A program made the translations under genes and the position numbers. From the NCBI GenBank assembly GCA_040954595.2, contig CM082589.2, positions 462,988-526,987 of the forward strand: a stretch of DNA of 64,000 nucleotides, in the 5' to 3' direction. The stretch comes from Balanoglossus misakiensis. Its lineage: Eukaryota; Animalia; Hemichordata. Shown here piece by piece: positions 40,301 to 55,300 of the stretch (the stretch's first letter is position 1; each line of letters starts with the position of its first letter). The notes beneath the pieces were generated by a model that saw only the letters and a program-made list of their open reading frames with translations, was not told where the DNA came from and searched no databases.

Positions 40301-43300
40301 AGATCGAAAACACGTGCCGTCGTTCTGACAAGGGTTTGAGTCACAAGGATTTGACTCTAAAATAAGCAATCAAGTTGAGTGAGTCAGTAAACACTGGATT
40401 CATTGTACATCATCAATATTAAAAGACAGCAATAGATGACAAAACAAACTTAATACATGTAGTTGTGATGTCAGCTCACGTCCATGTAAACTTGGGTTGT
40501 TTTCGATGATGACACTTAACATACATGATGAGACCACATACAATACAGCACAGTTAATGACTAAATCACAGCATCACCAGCAGCAATGATAGATATAAAT
40601 CAACCTCCATTACCACCAAAATCGTTCAATGGATAGCGTTTGCCTTGCCGTATGAAACCCATTTACAGAATGATAAATGTTAATGAAATAACCAAGAATT
40701 GATGCATTTTTGTGAGGTTGTGTGTAAGAATGACTTCATATCGGCTTTAGCTATTAACATGAAAGTAACATCACAGCATTAATATACTACCCAGTATAAG
40801 TTATTTCATGGTACCTTTGACACAATCATTGCAAAGTACTTAAAGCATTAATGTACGTATATACAGTACAGAATCACACCGATTCCCTGTTAAAACAATT
40901 AAATTTCGATGATACCACTTGAGCTGTTTATTGCAATACCACATGCTCTGCAAATTCTGTTCGATATTAAACCTTTTTCCTGAATACATCCGAAGTACCA
41001 TCATGCAATGCAGCCAAGAACTTGTCTCATTTATGCCACACTTCACACTGAATGCATGAGCTGTTAGATAATTGTGCCTTCGTATATAAATCAATTTATG
41101 CTTTTTTAGATAAAAGTGTTTTTTCACATCGAAGGAGCATTCATGTAACATTAGTACTCAATAGAACTGTTTCTTACAACAAAAATAATAATTTAGTGAT
41201 AGAAAAGCAATGTTAGACAAAATTGTTGGCCAAATTTAATTCTTTTCAGACTAGCTGTACATTAGTGTTGCCACACGCAGACACACAAAAGTTAGAAATG
41301 AGTTTGACGCACGCCAGACTTTTATCATCAGTTAACATGGGACTTGGCAATGCAAAATGATGATTAAGTGTGTGGACATTACCTAATTGACAGTTGCTAC
41401 CAGTGTATCCGGCCAAACAGTCACATCTGTATGAAGAGGCAAGATTGACGCATGCACCTCCATTGTAGCAAGGATCTGACAGGCATGGGTCAGGGTCTGT
41501 TAATAAACAAATATATGGAAACGTTAAAAACATGACAGAACATAACATTATTTGTTGTTCCCTAATGTCAATAAAATCGTACCAGAGAGGACAGAGACCA
41601 CCGTTAACACAGAAGATGTTGCTTAGGTGTTTTTTGTACGAATTATAAGTATTGTTAAACAATTTTTCCCTGGATGCAGAAGACTATTACAGACACATTA
41701 ATCTGTGAACCTGAATTAGAATCACAAGTGGCTCATATCATCTATGGAGAAGAAATCAAAAAGTTAATGTTGATACCATCACCGCCACCCTGAAAGAGAA
41801 TTATATTAATACACTGTTCAAAAACGATGGAAAGATATCTTACTGTTACTTTTAAGAATTTCACATGAGAGAAATAAGTGAAAGGTGAACACAATTGATA
41901 ATATTTTAACGTTTCTTTTCCCCTTCCCCCAAACTACAAAATTACACAGTAGTGTGCTACCACACATTTATCATTTATTCTACCTGTTTCGCAAAATTCG
42001 CCTGTGTAATTTCCGGTGCATAAGCATGTAACTGTGTCTGTGTTAGAGACACAAAGCCCTCCGTTCAAGCATGTGATACTTTCGCATGGGTCGATAACTA
42101 CATATATGGGAAAATGAACGACTCAATTTATTAAATTAATAATCCAAGGAAATATATCAACTCTGCATGCATTATTCATAAACAACAACAAACAACAACA
42201 CAAATGAAATTATGAAAAGATGTATGAAATAGAAGACAGTTCAATTTTAAAATTTGTTTATGTGATGATTATATGTTTGACTACTTATTTGTGCCCTGAT
42301 AAGGAAAGCTTCTAGGAATCTTTTATTAAAGAAACAAAATTTTTGCATGCACTACCATTTGTTTAAAATATATATTATTTCATGGTTGTTACAATGAAAA
42401 GCTTGTGTTAATGATGTACATGTATCACGACTGAAAGATTATATCTATGAAATGTTAGTGAACCATTTGATGGCTTGGATGAGATATCCCATAATTTCAC
42501 TCCTCCCACCTGATTCGCAGCTTGTACCCGTGTGACTTGAGGGACAGATGCACGAAAAATATGTCCCAAAGGTCAAGCAAATACCGTTGTTCAAACAGGG
42601 ATTGCTCTGACAAGGGTCTGGCGCTAGGCAAAAATTACAGGAATCAATATTATTAACTGCCGCTGTTAAAATATACCACTGGTCTTTAATAGCTATCAAT
42701 GATAATACTGGTCATTGCATGCACACAAGTTGTAACTTGTTGTTGAATGCTATGCGACGTAACATGCTTTGGAGTATTGAGTAATAAACTTGTTTTCAAC
42801 ACAGAATATAGTAGCTATCCTTTAAAGTTTGATTGCCATGTAAACAACTTCTAAGTTTTAAAAAACAAGCCTTCATTTCTGAATAAAATATCAGTTCATT
42901 ATTGTCAATCTGGCGTATCAGCAAATCCTGAATTGTACCTACGTATTTCACAGTTAACACCACTGTAATTGTCAACACAGTCACACAGATAACTACCGCC
43001 ATCGCTTGTAACGACACAATTGCCATCGTTAAGGCACGGACTTGATGTACAAGGTGTTACTGTGAATAGATAATGTCAGTGTTGATGTGATCTGCTGCTC
43101 GGAAATAAAGATGAGGTTGCCAAGCTTCCCTGGAAAGAATTGTGAATGTGTCTCCACAGAAAGTCTCCTGTATAATGTTCTGTTTGGCAATAACGATGGT
43201 TACATTAATGAACTTTGTGACCAGCATTCATGCCATCTCACTAAACACAGTGTTCATCATCTTACCATATCATATTGTAGACATACTTATGGCATTGAAA

Positions 43301-46300
43301 GACATGAAATAAGAAAAGTTAATTTAATATTTCTACCAATATATATCATGACTGTGTAGTGTACCGAACAGAATATCAATCAAACTATACTTACTCAGTT
43401 GCAATTCGCAGTTAACACCGATAAAATCGCTGAGACATTGACACATGTAGAACACCACATAGTCCTCACATGATCCTCCGTTTTGGCATGGGTTGCTAAG
43501 ACACGGGTAAGCGGCTGGAAGAAACGATAACAGTTATACTCAGTGTGATGTTATCTTTTAATTTTCCACTGTCATTTACACACTTATAACTGGTTAACAT
43601 GGGAGTGTCTTGTCTACGGTACATATATAAGATGATAAATGTAGTGAGTTTATACCTATTAACATGAATCTCTTTGTTCAATGTGTGAATAGAAAGAGTA
43701 TCAGAATGTTATGTACTTACTTTGACTTTCGCAGTTGTTGCCAGTGTACCCATTTGGACAGTAGCATCTATAGAACGTCCCCTGGTTCACACAGAATGCA
43801 TTGTTTTGACATGGGTTTGATAAACAGGGATCAGTGACTGTGGATACAAAAAAACACAGGAGTTACAAAGGTGTGTAAAAATATTTACTACCACTACAGC
43901 TATATGTGAAATAATTACAGTTTTCTGATGTATATGTCTGCTGTAATAATTTTGAGAATGTTAAAATTACATAAAGATAAAGTTTATAGCAACTAATTTA
44001 TGGTAGTGAATAATTTGCCAACATTTAGCATTACTCATATTGATAAATATCGACTTGAATATAGACAAGTTATATGATTTATATGGTGTTGCTGACAATA
44101 ATATTTTCATGGAAGTATTACCATGTTACCACTATGTTATGGCCTGAAAAAATGCAGCGTGATGTTAGTTGCGCATAGTCATTTGGATATTATCAAAGCT
44201 ATCAATTTTCTACTGACACTACTACGCATTTATCATTTTTAGTCTAATAAGAGGTTACCATGACAGCAGACTATGATGAATTACTTAGGAGAAGATATTT
44301 ATTGATTTCTACAAAAAACGGTAAATTCTTACGTCTTGACTCGCAATTGACTCCTGTGTAGCCATTCTGACAATTGCATTCATAATTATTGCCAAAGTTA
44401 ACACATTGGCCGAAGTTCAAACAAGGATTACTGGCACATGGGTCGAAAGCTGTGAAAATTGTATAAAATTCCAGATACATATGCAGGTTTATATCAAGTA
44501 CATTTGCTCATGCTACTTTTATTTTAACATCCTTCAAAAATATCACACTTGCAGAAATATATCATTTCTCGTGCTTGTATGATCCTGACTGTTAATTCAA
44601 CAAGATAAAATACTGAACCTCTTTCAAACTGTTGGTTGAAAGTGTTAGCGATCGCATACCATTGGAAAAGAAACTTCAGACACTTACTTTGGCAGTTGGT
44701 GCCTACGTAACCTTGTGGGCAGGAACACGTGTAGTACGTTCCATAATTGATGCATGTTCCAGCATTCAGACACGGGGTGCTTACACATGGAGAAACTTGT
44801 TGGAGGAGAAGAAAACTGATGTTAATAGGTAAAACCATCTTTGGAAGATTAACACCCCATTGACCAATTCATCTCTTTACTTCTTTTAACTGAAAGTCAT
44901 GGTGTTGAAGATAGTTAAAATTAAAATACACACACTTTTCCTACATCGAATGAATTTCTCCCCTGTCCATTAAGATGAAGCAAGGCTTACCCGGTGTTTG
45001 GCAATTGGTTCCTGTGTACTGACTCGGGCAGGAACATTGATAGGACGTTCCGAGGTTGACGCACGCTCCACCATTCTGACAAGGATTTACTAGGCATGGA
45101 TTTTGTACTGAAAGAAACAGCAACGAAATAGATCTTCCTATCAGATGTGGCTTAAACATTTGATATGTTAATGGGAAAGAACATGTATGGGATTGAAGTT
45201 ATTACACTTTTAATAATTTAATGTATCAAACTCACCAAGCGTTTCACACCGAGTGCCAGTATGGGTGATGGGACAATTGCAAATGTAGTAAGTTCCATAA
45301 TTTAAACACGCTCCTGAATTCAAGCACGGAGTACTGAGGCACGGGTTTGAAACCACTGTGAAGTGAATAAGAAAAGTTTCATTCAGTGATGTTTTAAGTG
45401 GCTCTAATGAAAAAAGGGTTACTTTTCGCCAAAATACCATAGGGTCACTCACCGGGATTTTGACAATTGGCACCCGTATACAACGAGGTACATCTGCACT
45501 CATAGTAGGTATTGTAGTTAATGCATGTTCCTCCATTTTGACATGGATTATTGGCGCACACATTCACAATTACTGAAGAAGAAAAAGAAAAAAAAACATG
45601 AGCAAACAAAACTTCAGAATGTGGTACTCCTATGTGTCAACAGTGCAACTACATCACACACACACACCTCCAATATTGTTTTGGGTTGTTGACAATTTGT
45701 AACAACCATAATTATATACTATAGGAAAGGATCAGACGTATATGTACCTTGCGTTTGACAGTTTGATCCAGTGTATCCATTCAGACATGAACACTCGTAC
45801 GAGGAGCCAAAGTTTATACAAGTTCCACCATTGAAACACGGATCATTTGCACATGCGTTCACTGAAAATATACAAAATATTGTCATTAACATATATGTAT
45901 GTAAATGTATGTATTTTTTGTATCAGTATGACCGGTTATATCTATCTATCCATCTGTTGGATTAAAAGACATACCTGGAATTTCACAGTTGGTTCCGATG
46001 TATGTAGATGGGCAGGAACAGGTGTAAGCATTTCCCTGGTTGATGCATTGTCCGCCGTTTTGACAAGGATTACTAACACAGGGATTTGTTGGTGATACTG
46101 AAATATGACAGAGAAAAACTTAATATCAACATACATGTATGACATCAAATTGAAGTTAACAATTAACTGACAAACTTATCTGCAATTTGACATGAATAGG
46201 TCAGGATCTTGTGAAGGACGGTACAGGAATTTACTCCGGACTTACTTGGAGTTTGACACCGGTCTCCGGCATAGTTAGTGGGGCACGAACACCGATAGTA

Positions 46301-49300
46301 TGATCCGTAATTGATACAAGTCCCTTGGTTCTGACATGGACCGCTGTTACACGGATTCAAAGATACTGTAGAAGAGAAAAAGAAAGTCATGCTTCAGTAA
46401 CAATGTCTTGCTTCTGTCCAGTGAAGTCATAAGTCTCATGCTGTTCTTGAAGAGTAAAAAAAGAGAATGTTTTAGTACTTACATAACTTTAACCTGATAT
46501 TTTGTAGAGTATTTACATGTAATTGCATTTATTGAATTTATATAAACTCTGTACTTTGGTTTCACTTGTTGTACGTTACTCAACTAATATCAAAAGACTG
46601 GTGAAAAAATCTTGTTGTTTGTTTTTGTTTAGAACTTATCACCTACCAATCACTTCGCAGTTTGTACCAGTATAGCCACTAGTACAGGAACATTGGTATC
46701 CATTGGTGGTAAGAGTACATGAGCCTCCATTCTGGCATGGGTTGTTCGTACATGGGTTTGCAACTGTTGATCCACAACAAACGCAGGCAAAACAGTAAGA
46801 AGCGCATGCAACAGAGAAGGAATGGCATTAATAAGGAACAGAAAGAAAACTCTCAGGCTATTAGTTCAACACATGTTGCGTATATGGTGTTATGATAAAA
46901 TCAAGTGCAATGTAGCACATTTCTCCACTCGCAAGTGCCACATTTCCTGACTTGCTACTCGCAACTCACCACTCGCATCCTGTATATTTCATACATCTTA
47001 CACACCTCCTGAGTCATGATATTTACACACTTTAGAAGACTATGAACATGGCGTTTCTTTAAAGTTAAAATGACGTCATGAACGATGAAGTATTAAAGAA
47101 ACTCAACATCAACTCAACTATCAGTCAGCATTTTTGCAACATAGGCTCAGGTTTTCACAGAAAGCAATACAAACAACGACAGCAATCGACGCATGCAACC
47201 AGCGACATGCAAACAATCACAAACAATCCTGTCACCTAAAAAAACACAGACAACGCTGTTGGTAGGATAGTTGTTTGAAAAAGACGCAGTACCTTGGTTG
47301 TCACAGTTGTTCCCATAGTAACCACTTCGACATTGGCAGTAATAGTAAGTACCGGATCGAATGCATGTGCCACCATTCTGACAAGGGTTTGGGTCACACC
47401 AAGTTATAGCTAAAGATCGATGGGGAAAAAAGACCATAACAGAGAAGGGGGTCTGTCACCAAAAGTGGATTCTAAACCGATCATCACCAGGTAATAACAT
47501 AAATAACTTCAAGCAAAAACATCAAAACAGGAAGACACCACATACTTCATGCAACTGATGCAATAAATCAAATTATAACAAGTTAAGGAAAATTAAACAA
47601 ATTACAACAAGCATATAAACTTATACCATAAAATGCATATACAGCATACATATATGATGTTTACCATTATTGCGCAAAATGTGGCTTTCTAAGAAATGTT
47701 TTATTTTACAGTGAGTGCAATGATTTAGCAGCAGCCTTTATATGCAGCGGGTGTAATTTTTGCACGGTGACTGTTGCAAATTAATATTCAGTTACAGTTT
47801 ATTTTTAAGTGACTTATGACTCATTTTTTTCTATCTATTTGTAGTGCTAATCTTTATACCCAGTACATCTGTGACAGTAATCATTAAACACATCTTTGTG
47901 CAGTGATATAGGGCACTGCGTGTTAAAATTATGATTGCTGATATCGCAACGACTTAACTCACAGTGTTACACAGCTGTAGGTGACCGATTATGCCTGATC
48001 CCCTTACGTGCTTACTTGGGAAACGAGTACAATGATTCATTGTTCTATTTGTCTAAACGTTAATCTGATTGGTGCGATCTTGGTATTTGCTAAAAATGGG
48101 CTTAGAAATGTGAAATATTGCAGCCATACATACAGTATTTGTCTCGACCGTGGTATTAATTTTAGTTCACTTAAAGTGCAGTTACATTTACCACTTTATG
48201 GTAATTTGCCGAAACGATGAGTATACTGGTATTTCTTTTTTTATTAACACTTACTGCCCTCTCTATATTCACAGCGAGAACCAGTGTATGGAGAAACACA
48301 AGAACATGTGTAGCCTGAATTGCCGGCGTTGTTTTGGCAGACTCCGTTGTTCAGACACGGATTACTATTGCAAGGTTGTGTAACGCCTGTTTTCAAATAA
48401 AATAATTTCGTCAAACCCATCAAATCAAATCCAATAATATTACAAAGTCTGGACTAGCAGCTTGATGAGGGCAAGACTTTGCGCATTAATCAACAATCTC
48501 TGTTTTCTGTCTATATCAGGCTGATTTCTAATACGAAGAATGCGATTTGAGATAAGTTTAGACTTTTGATTTCTTACTTTTATTATAATTGTCATCCTAA
48601 TAGGATGAAATGCAGACACAATTTGGCTTTAAAGATGAAGCATGATACACACAAAGTTTTCATAACCAAATCACTTATCACAGCAATCTGGAATGTTCAA
48701 TATGTTATTAACTTATAAGTTAAGTACACAGCCACTGCAAACTTTGAAAACAGATCTATGGGTTTAACAATGCATGATACAAGAGTTGCTGGGCCAAGAC
48801 GTTACCTGTGTCACAGTTTGTACCAGTCCATGAGAATGCGCAGTTGCATCTGTAAGCATTATTGTTCTCAAGGGCAATGCATGTGGCACCATTCTGGCAA
48901 GGGTCGCTATTACAGGGATCGGGAGCTGGAAGAAAATTGGATCGTCAAGAATCATCATTGTTTGTACGTCAAACAGCTACAGCATGCACTGTGTTTTAGA
49001 CATATATGGAAAATCACATTTGTTAGAACGCCAAGCCCACAACAAACTTACCTCCAAGCAAAAGTTGTTTGAAAAGCAGTTATTTGACAAAGCAAAAGCA
49101 CTAATGTTTAACACCAAAATACTCAGAACCAGGCACATGAAAAACGATACAAAAAATACGGCATCTATCCAGCTAATGAAGTATTAGTGACAATCCAATT
49201 TAGCAAACTGTTAGAGAGCACATCGAGACATGCTTTGTGTTTAATCGACCCTTTACGCACCAATCTGGCAAAAGAAACCAGAGTATCCCGTGGAACAGTC

Positions 49301-52300
49301 GCATAGATATGCGGTGTCGAAATTAACTGATCTGCATAAGCCTCCGTTAAGACAGGGTGAACTTAAACAGGGTGTTTCTGGGATGGGAGCAAAATATGGG
49401 ATTTGTGGATTAATTATGGATGTTACAGCCGGGATTGTTTAACAAGGCATCACCATGGAAAAGTGGTAATAGTGTAGAAGAAGGAAGAGTATAAGGAGAA
49501 AAGTGTTTCAAGAGGATGGCAGGAAATTATTCAAAACAGGAAAAGACGATGTATGTAACATAATTTTGATTTTAGAATAGAACTATAAATCGATAATACT
49601 TACGCAATTCGCAATTTGTTCCTGTGTATCCATTGACACACGAACAGATGTAACCATCATAGTCACTTGTTGGCGTGCAGGCCCCAGCGTTCTGACATGG
49701 AAGGCTATCACAAGGATTGGATGCTGAAAAGGCCAAGTAAAAATTTGTTGAAATTGCAATGTTAACGGTTAAGCATGACACACACACACAATTTTCGAGC
49801 AAGTTTTTATCGTATACTTCTCTTGTTGCATATGTAGATAATTTTTGTGTACAATTGTTTTGCACAGGTGAAATTCTGACAAATCTTTTTGCATGATACA
49901 TTGGTTGAATTCTTGGTCAGCTCAAGAGTTCAACACACACACACACGCACACACACACATTTATGCTTTAAGTCATACATATTCAAGTCTTACTTATCAA
50001 AGATAATTAAATCACAAAACACAATCAAGAAAGCAAGAAGACAAAGACTGGATAGGACATGCATAGAAAAGGACATGCAAAGTGGAATTAACATAAAGAA
50101 AATTAGATGATGTATGTGCATATATGATAAACATACAATTGACTTCATATAATCGCAAAAGATCTCGCAACGCAGTAACTGACCATGCGGGGTGACATGC
50201 ACTAGGTCAGGTAACGTATATATACCTAAGGGTGTCGAACACTAATAGTAATACACGAATATAAAGCGTAAGACCGCATATCCCTAAGTAGCAGGTGCAA
50301 ATTTGTGAAATGATGTGACATAAGCCACGTGTTATGTGCTATCCTGTCAAAATGTTGGTGTGACGGTGTCAGAAGTAATCAGATATACATGTCTGTCTGC
50401 CCATCCGTCCGTCTGTCTGTCTGTAGTTGAGGCAGATCATGCTACAGATTGCATGTGCGTACGATTATACCCTGAGTTATCTCATCACCGCAGTGAAAGT
50501 GCCCAATACTGCATCATGCACTTGCTCCGAGGTCCTGCAATCATTAAGGCAGCATCACCTAATATATGAAAGCACCCCTGTAGTAGACGATATGTGATGT
50601 AATATACTATACTAATGATACGCTAATTCCTGTACATAGACTGTTCTGTCTTACACTGAATCTCGCATCGTTCACCAATGAAGCCCTGGGCACAGTCACA
50701 CGTGAAACCTGTGTTCTGGACGGTCGCTCGACACGTTGCCCCGTTCAAGCACGGCGTCTGGTCACAGGGGTCCGGTAATGGGGTAACCGGTGCTGTAATT
50801 TGTGTGAAGAAATTAAAGCGTTATGAAACACTGAACTCGTAAAATAGTGTTAGTCTCCTGATAAGCAGCACTGTTAGGTCGGGATTGCAATGATGAGGGA
50901 TCCTGTAAAATGAAGACATTATGGTTAGAGATGGTTAGCGCAGAATATAGCAATGGGTCCTAAACTATATGCTGTGAATAAATTTATCATTAGGCGCAAA
51001 GTTTATCATTCATAATTCATAGTTATTGTTAACAGTGCAATTACACTACAAGCATAAGTTACTATAGCACATTACATCTTTGTATATCTTGTGCTTTATT
51101 GCTTTTGTGGGGATGTCGCTAAGTGCGTTTCTGTGAGTCATGCACTTGAAGACAGTTGTCTTGCACTAATGAACAGTCAGAGTTGCCATCATGTTTGAAG
51201 TCATTTTCATCATTTTCTTAGAAAATGATTTGGTTGTCAAGTCAACATACTTTCAAATTCCTCATTTGAAAGTGACACTAAATCAAGTAATCCTGACTTC
51301 AAAAAATGGTGACTCTGACTGTTGCAGTGAGTAAATCAGTCATCGTCGTCAAACCACGACCTCTTTACGGCAAGTTTATGCGATGCCAGAAGAGGCCTGG
51401 TTAGCGAGAATGGTATCGTTGTGTTGAATGAATCCTGGCAAGGGTGCAAGATACAGGCTTACTCTCGTTTTCACAATGGTCGCCATAATATGCAGAACTG
51501 CAGTGACAGGTGTAACTGGTGAAGTCGTCGGCCGGTACGCACGTCCCAGTGTTCTGGCATGGGTTGCTGTCACATGGATCTGGGACTAGAAAAGGAATGT
51601 TAAAATTGATCAAGCAATACTTTGTGTAAGGAGTCTCGAGTGAAAATGGTCTCGTGGTGGAAGCTACTGTGCAAAGATTCCATGCTCTGCGTGATAAATT
51701 ATCTGTAATTAGTGAATTAAAATTATGAAATAAGCGTGCTGTGTCAGCACTGTCTGATGAGAGGTTCTGGATAAAAAAAAACAGGCGATGGCGCGCTATG
51801 CAGATGACTACAAGAACTCGCTTGCGATAAAATAAAGATAGCATTTACACAATTAAGAATTTGCATTTTCTTGTGTAGCACTGCACGAAAAGTTAGTACA
51901 TTTGAGCAAAATAACAACGAAACTGGCAATTTAACTACTTTTGTGACTGTTTCATCCTGCATCCATGCAAGCATTTAAATGCATTTTTTACATACATATT
52001 CCTATTTTATAAATGATTAATTAGCTTTAATCATGCCCTACAAGTGCCGCGTGGCGATTACAAATTTAAAATGCAAATTAGATTGCATACATTAATTGGT
52101 CAATGATGTAAGGATTTTAAGGCCAAATTTACATTTACAAGGTACCTAAATAGGACTAATTTATAATAATGTAATCTTTTAATATTAGACATTGATGATT
52201 AACTACCAGGGTAAATTATAATGGGTTTTATGCTGGTATCATTAATCCAAATCTAGGGAAATGTTATTCTATATTTTGATATTCTTGTCACCATGGATAT

Positions 52301-55300
52301 TCTTACTTAAATTCTGACAACGGGATCCATAGAAGCCAAAACAGAGACAGACATATCCCAGATTGTTTTCCACATTAAAGCATTGTCCTCCGTTCAAACA
52401 TGGGGAGCTGCTACAAGGCTCAGCTGGAGTCTCGGCTGTCGCGAGGAACAGAAACACAATTCAAGATGGCGTATGTAACCATGGTTACTAGTAACCGTGA
52501 TAGTCAGTCTGCATCGTATACACTTTAACGATAATTTACAAAAACAATCAGGGAGAATTTGATTCTATGCTTGGTTATTGTCTGGAATGAATTTGCCAAA
52601 GCTGTAACAATCTTTAGTGACTGTGAGAGCAAAGATTTGACATAGACTCATCACACAAATAAAATGCCTTGAGATTGGCTGAAACTTAGGTCACAATTCA
52701 AGGGGATGCTTTGAATCCTTTATAGTATTTACAACGGATATTTATGTGCACAACTACACTATGTTTGTGTGCATTATAAGAATTTTGACAGTTCTAAGAT
52801 TTATGAATAATATCAATCATTATCTTACTGGCTACAACCAAGATGTTACAAATAGTTCCTGTCCACTGGGACAAGCAACTGCATCTGTGTCCGTTACTCT
52901 CTTGCACACACGTGCCTCCATTTTGGCAAGGGTTGCTGTCACATGAAAACTCTGGCCTTGTCGTTGTAGGTTCAACAGGTGTTATTGTGCGTTCTGAAAT
53001 AAAACGATGTTTTGAAGGTAGTGGTTTAGCTGATAACGTTCAAACGAACCAACATTTGTATTTTCATATGGAAAATACAATTTGTGTGTAAGATGCTTCA
53101 GTATACATCATGGATACAGGATGCATGAATCACACATGATAAATCAGCAAGATTACAATTGTAAACTGAAGTGTCATTCTATTCAACGCATAATAACATA
53201 TGCTGTTAAAAATAAAATGATAAAAGCTGTGATTCTGAAGGGAATGACCTGAAAAGGTATGATCAGTTAATGAATATGGAATAGCAACATGCTGGTTAGT
53301 TTTTTCTCTGACGTATGACAGAGTAACCGTTTTCATGCATCTGTAAGACAAAGAAACGCAGCGCAGACGTTATTAACAAAATTAAAAAAAAAGATCCAAG
53401 AAGATCATGCACATGCAACGACCATGCAAGAATTTAGATGACAGTACAAACAATTCGACCAACCACAGCATGATGGCACAACGAAACAGAACCATGTAAC
53501 ACAACGCGAAAGACAAGACACCAAAGGCTTCCAGGCACATGCAAGAATTTGACAAATAGACCAACACCAACATGAAGACCAATCACAAACGAATCAATAA
53601 CCAGGCACATGAAGATTTACCAATTTCACAATTTTCTCCCAACCACTTTGAAGTGCAGAAACAGATGTATGTGGAGTTATCGTAATCATTCACACAGGTT
53701 GCACCGTTAAGACAAGGACCACCACCGCAGTAATTAACTATAAAGTAATTAAAAATAAGAATGGGTTATGACATTAGTGGTGTGTTCTAGAGTTTATTCA
53801 TTCGTTAGAGAAAGGGGAGCTCTGTGCAACTGAAGATATTACTTGCCACTCAAAACGGGCAATAACGAAAGCTAACATGTGACTTTCACTTTCAGATAAA
53901 GCAACCCTAACATATTATAAGGGAAACATTTACTCATCTGATTAAACTGTTCATAAAATATTATGTCAGCTCATTAATCGCTACACTCTAGAATCATCAA
54001 AGTACATGTACACATTTCTGAAATTATTTTGAAAAAACAATGTAAACTTTCATCGAACGGCATTAGAGACGCTTAAAAATGGTTACCGAGTTCACATGTA
54101 TCGCCCGTCCAGTCATCAGGACAGTTGCATTCTGCTGCAATGGGTGTGTTATAACATTCCCCTCCATTCAAGCAAGGGTTTGCCAGGGCGCAGTAGTCGA
54201 CTGTGTGAGTATGGATGATGTGTGAAAACAGAATATGTTACAACCATGGATTGAGTACATCAACCCAAAAACTACAGAAGTCAAAATAAATTTCTCAAAA
54301 AACACCAAATTAAGATGTATTCTTTGTACATGGTAAACAAGACTTGTTTTTAAAGGCACGCCTCCTTTATCAGTGTCATCTTAAAGCAAAGATTTCAATA
54401 GAAAACAAAAGATTTGCGCCACATAAACACTCAACGTCAACAAGCAAGAACCAGGGATTGAAAATTGCCCCTTTAAAGCCTACCCTCATCGCAATTGGTT
54501 CCTGTTAATCCCAAAGTGCATTGACATTCATATCTGTCAATAAATGTGGTGCAGGTACCACCGTTCTGGCAGGGCGTGGTTGCACAAAAGTCGACTAGTG
54601 ACAAAACGAGATGGTGGAAAAGTTAATTCATCATTCAGAATGAAGACTAATCCTGAGTCTTTTATGATGTGATTACTTAATTGTTTGGAATTTTTCAACT
54701 ACAATGGCAGTAATTCAGTAGCTCACTAGTAAAAATCAATCAATCAATCAGATACTGTATATATATTGAATTGTTTGGATATTTCAAAACTCGTAAATGC
54801 ATCATATTAATTACCCTGATCACAGTTTGTTCCAAGCCAGCCCGCTGTGCACGTGCAAGTGTATGCAAATTGACTGACATCACACTGTCCTCCGTTCTGG
54901 CAGGGATTACTAACACAGTGATCAACTAAGATGGTAGAAATAATAATTAATCACAAAGTCTTGTCATACACACTATTAGTACATCATGCCAGGATGTTTT
55001 AGTGTGGTTAATGATGGACAAAAACACTGCAATGTATACAAGATATTAATCGTAAAAAAATTTGGATGGGAAACGACAAGTACATCCAAAACTAGAGAAC
55101 CTAAAAAAAATAACAAATCATATTAAATTAAACTTAGTATACATCTTCATTAAAGGTACATGCACTGACTCACTGTGAACTGAAAATACAAACTCACTAC
55201 TCAAAGCTAAACACAATAACTCACTTCAACCTATAACTGAACACAGGAATACATAGAGGTGCTTGTCATGCACAAAACAGAAACACATCTAGTCAACAAG

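Noticed and set aside
34596-42023. 15-bp inverted match between intron 34596-34610 (ttatgcaccggaaat) and exon 39 (42009-42023), suggesting docking/selector pairing
   Set aside because: A single 15-mer among all position pairs in 40 kb is roughly expected by chance, and I saw no repeated selector motif before other exons.
54350-54476. TTAA-AGG...CCT-TTAA Kolobok-like relic
   Set aside because: Terminal match limited to about 3 bp beyond TTAA; insufficient without copy-number evidence.
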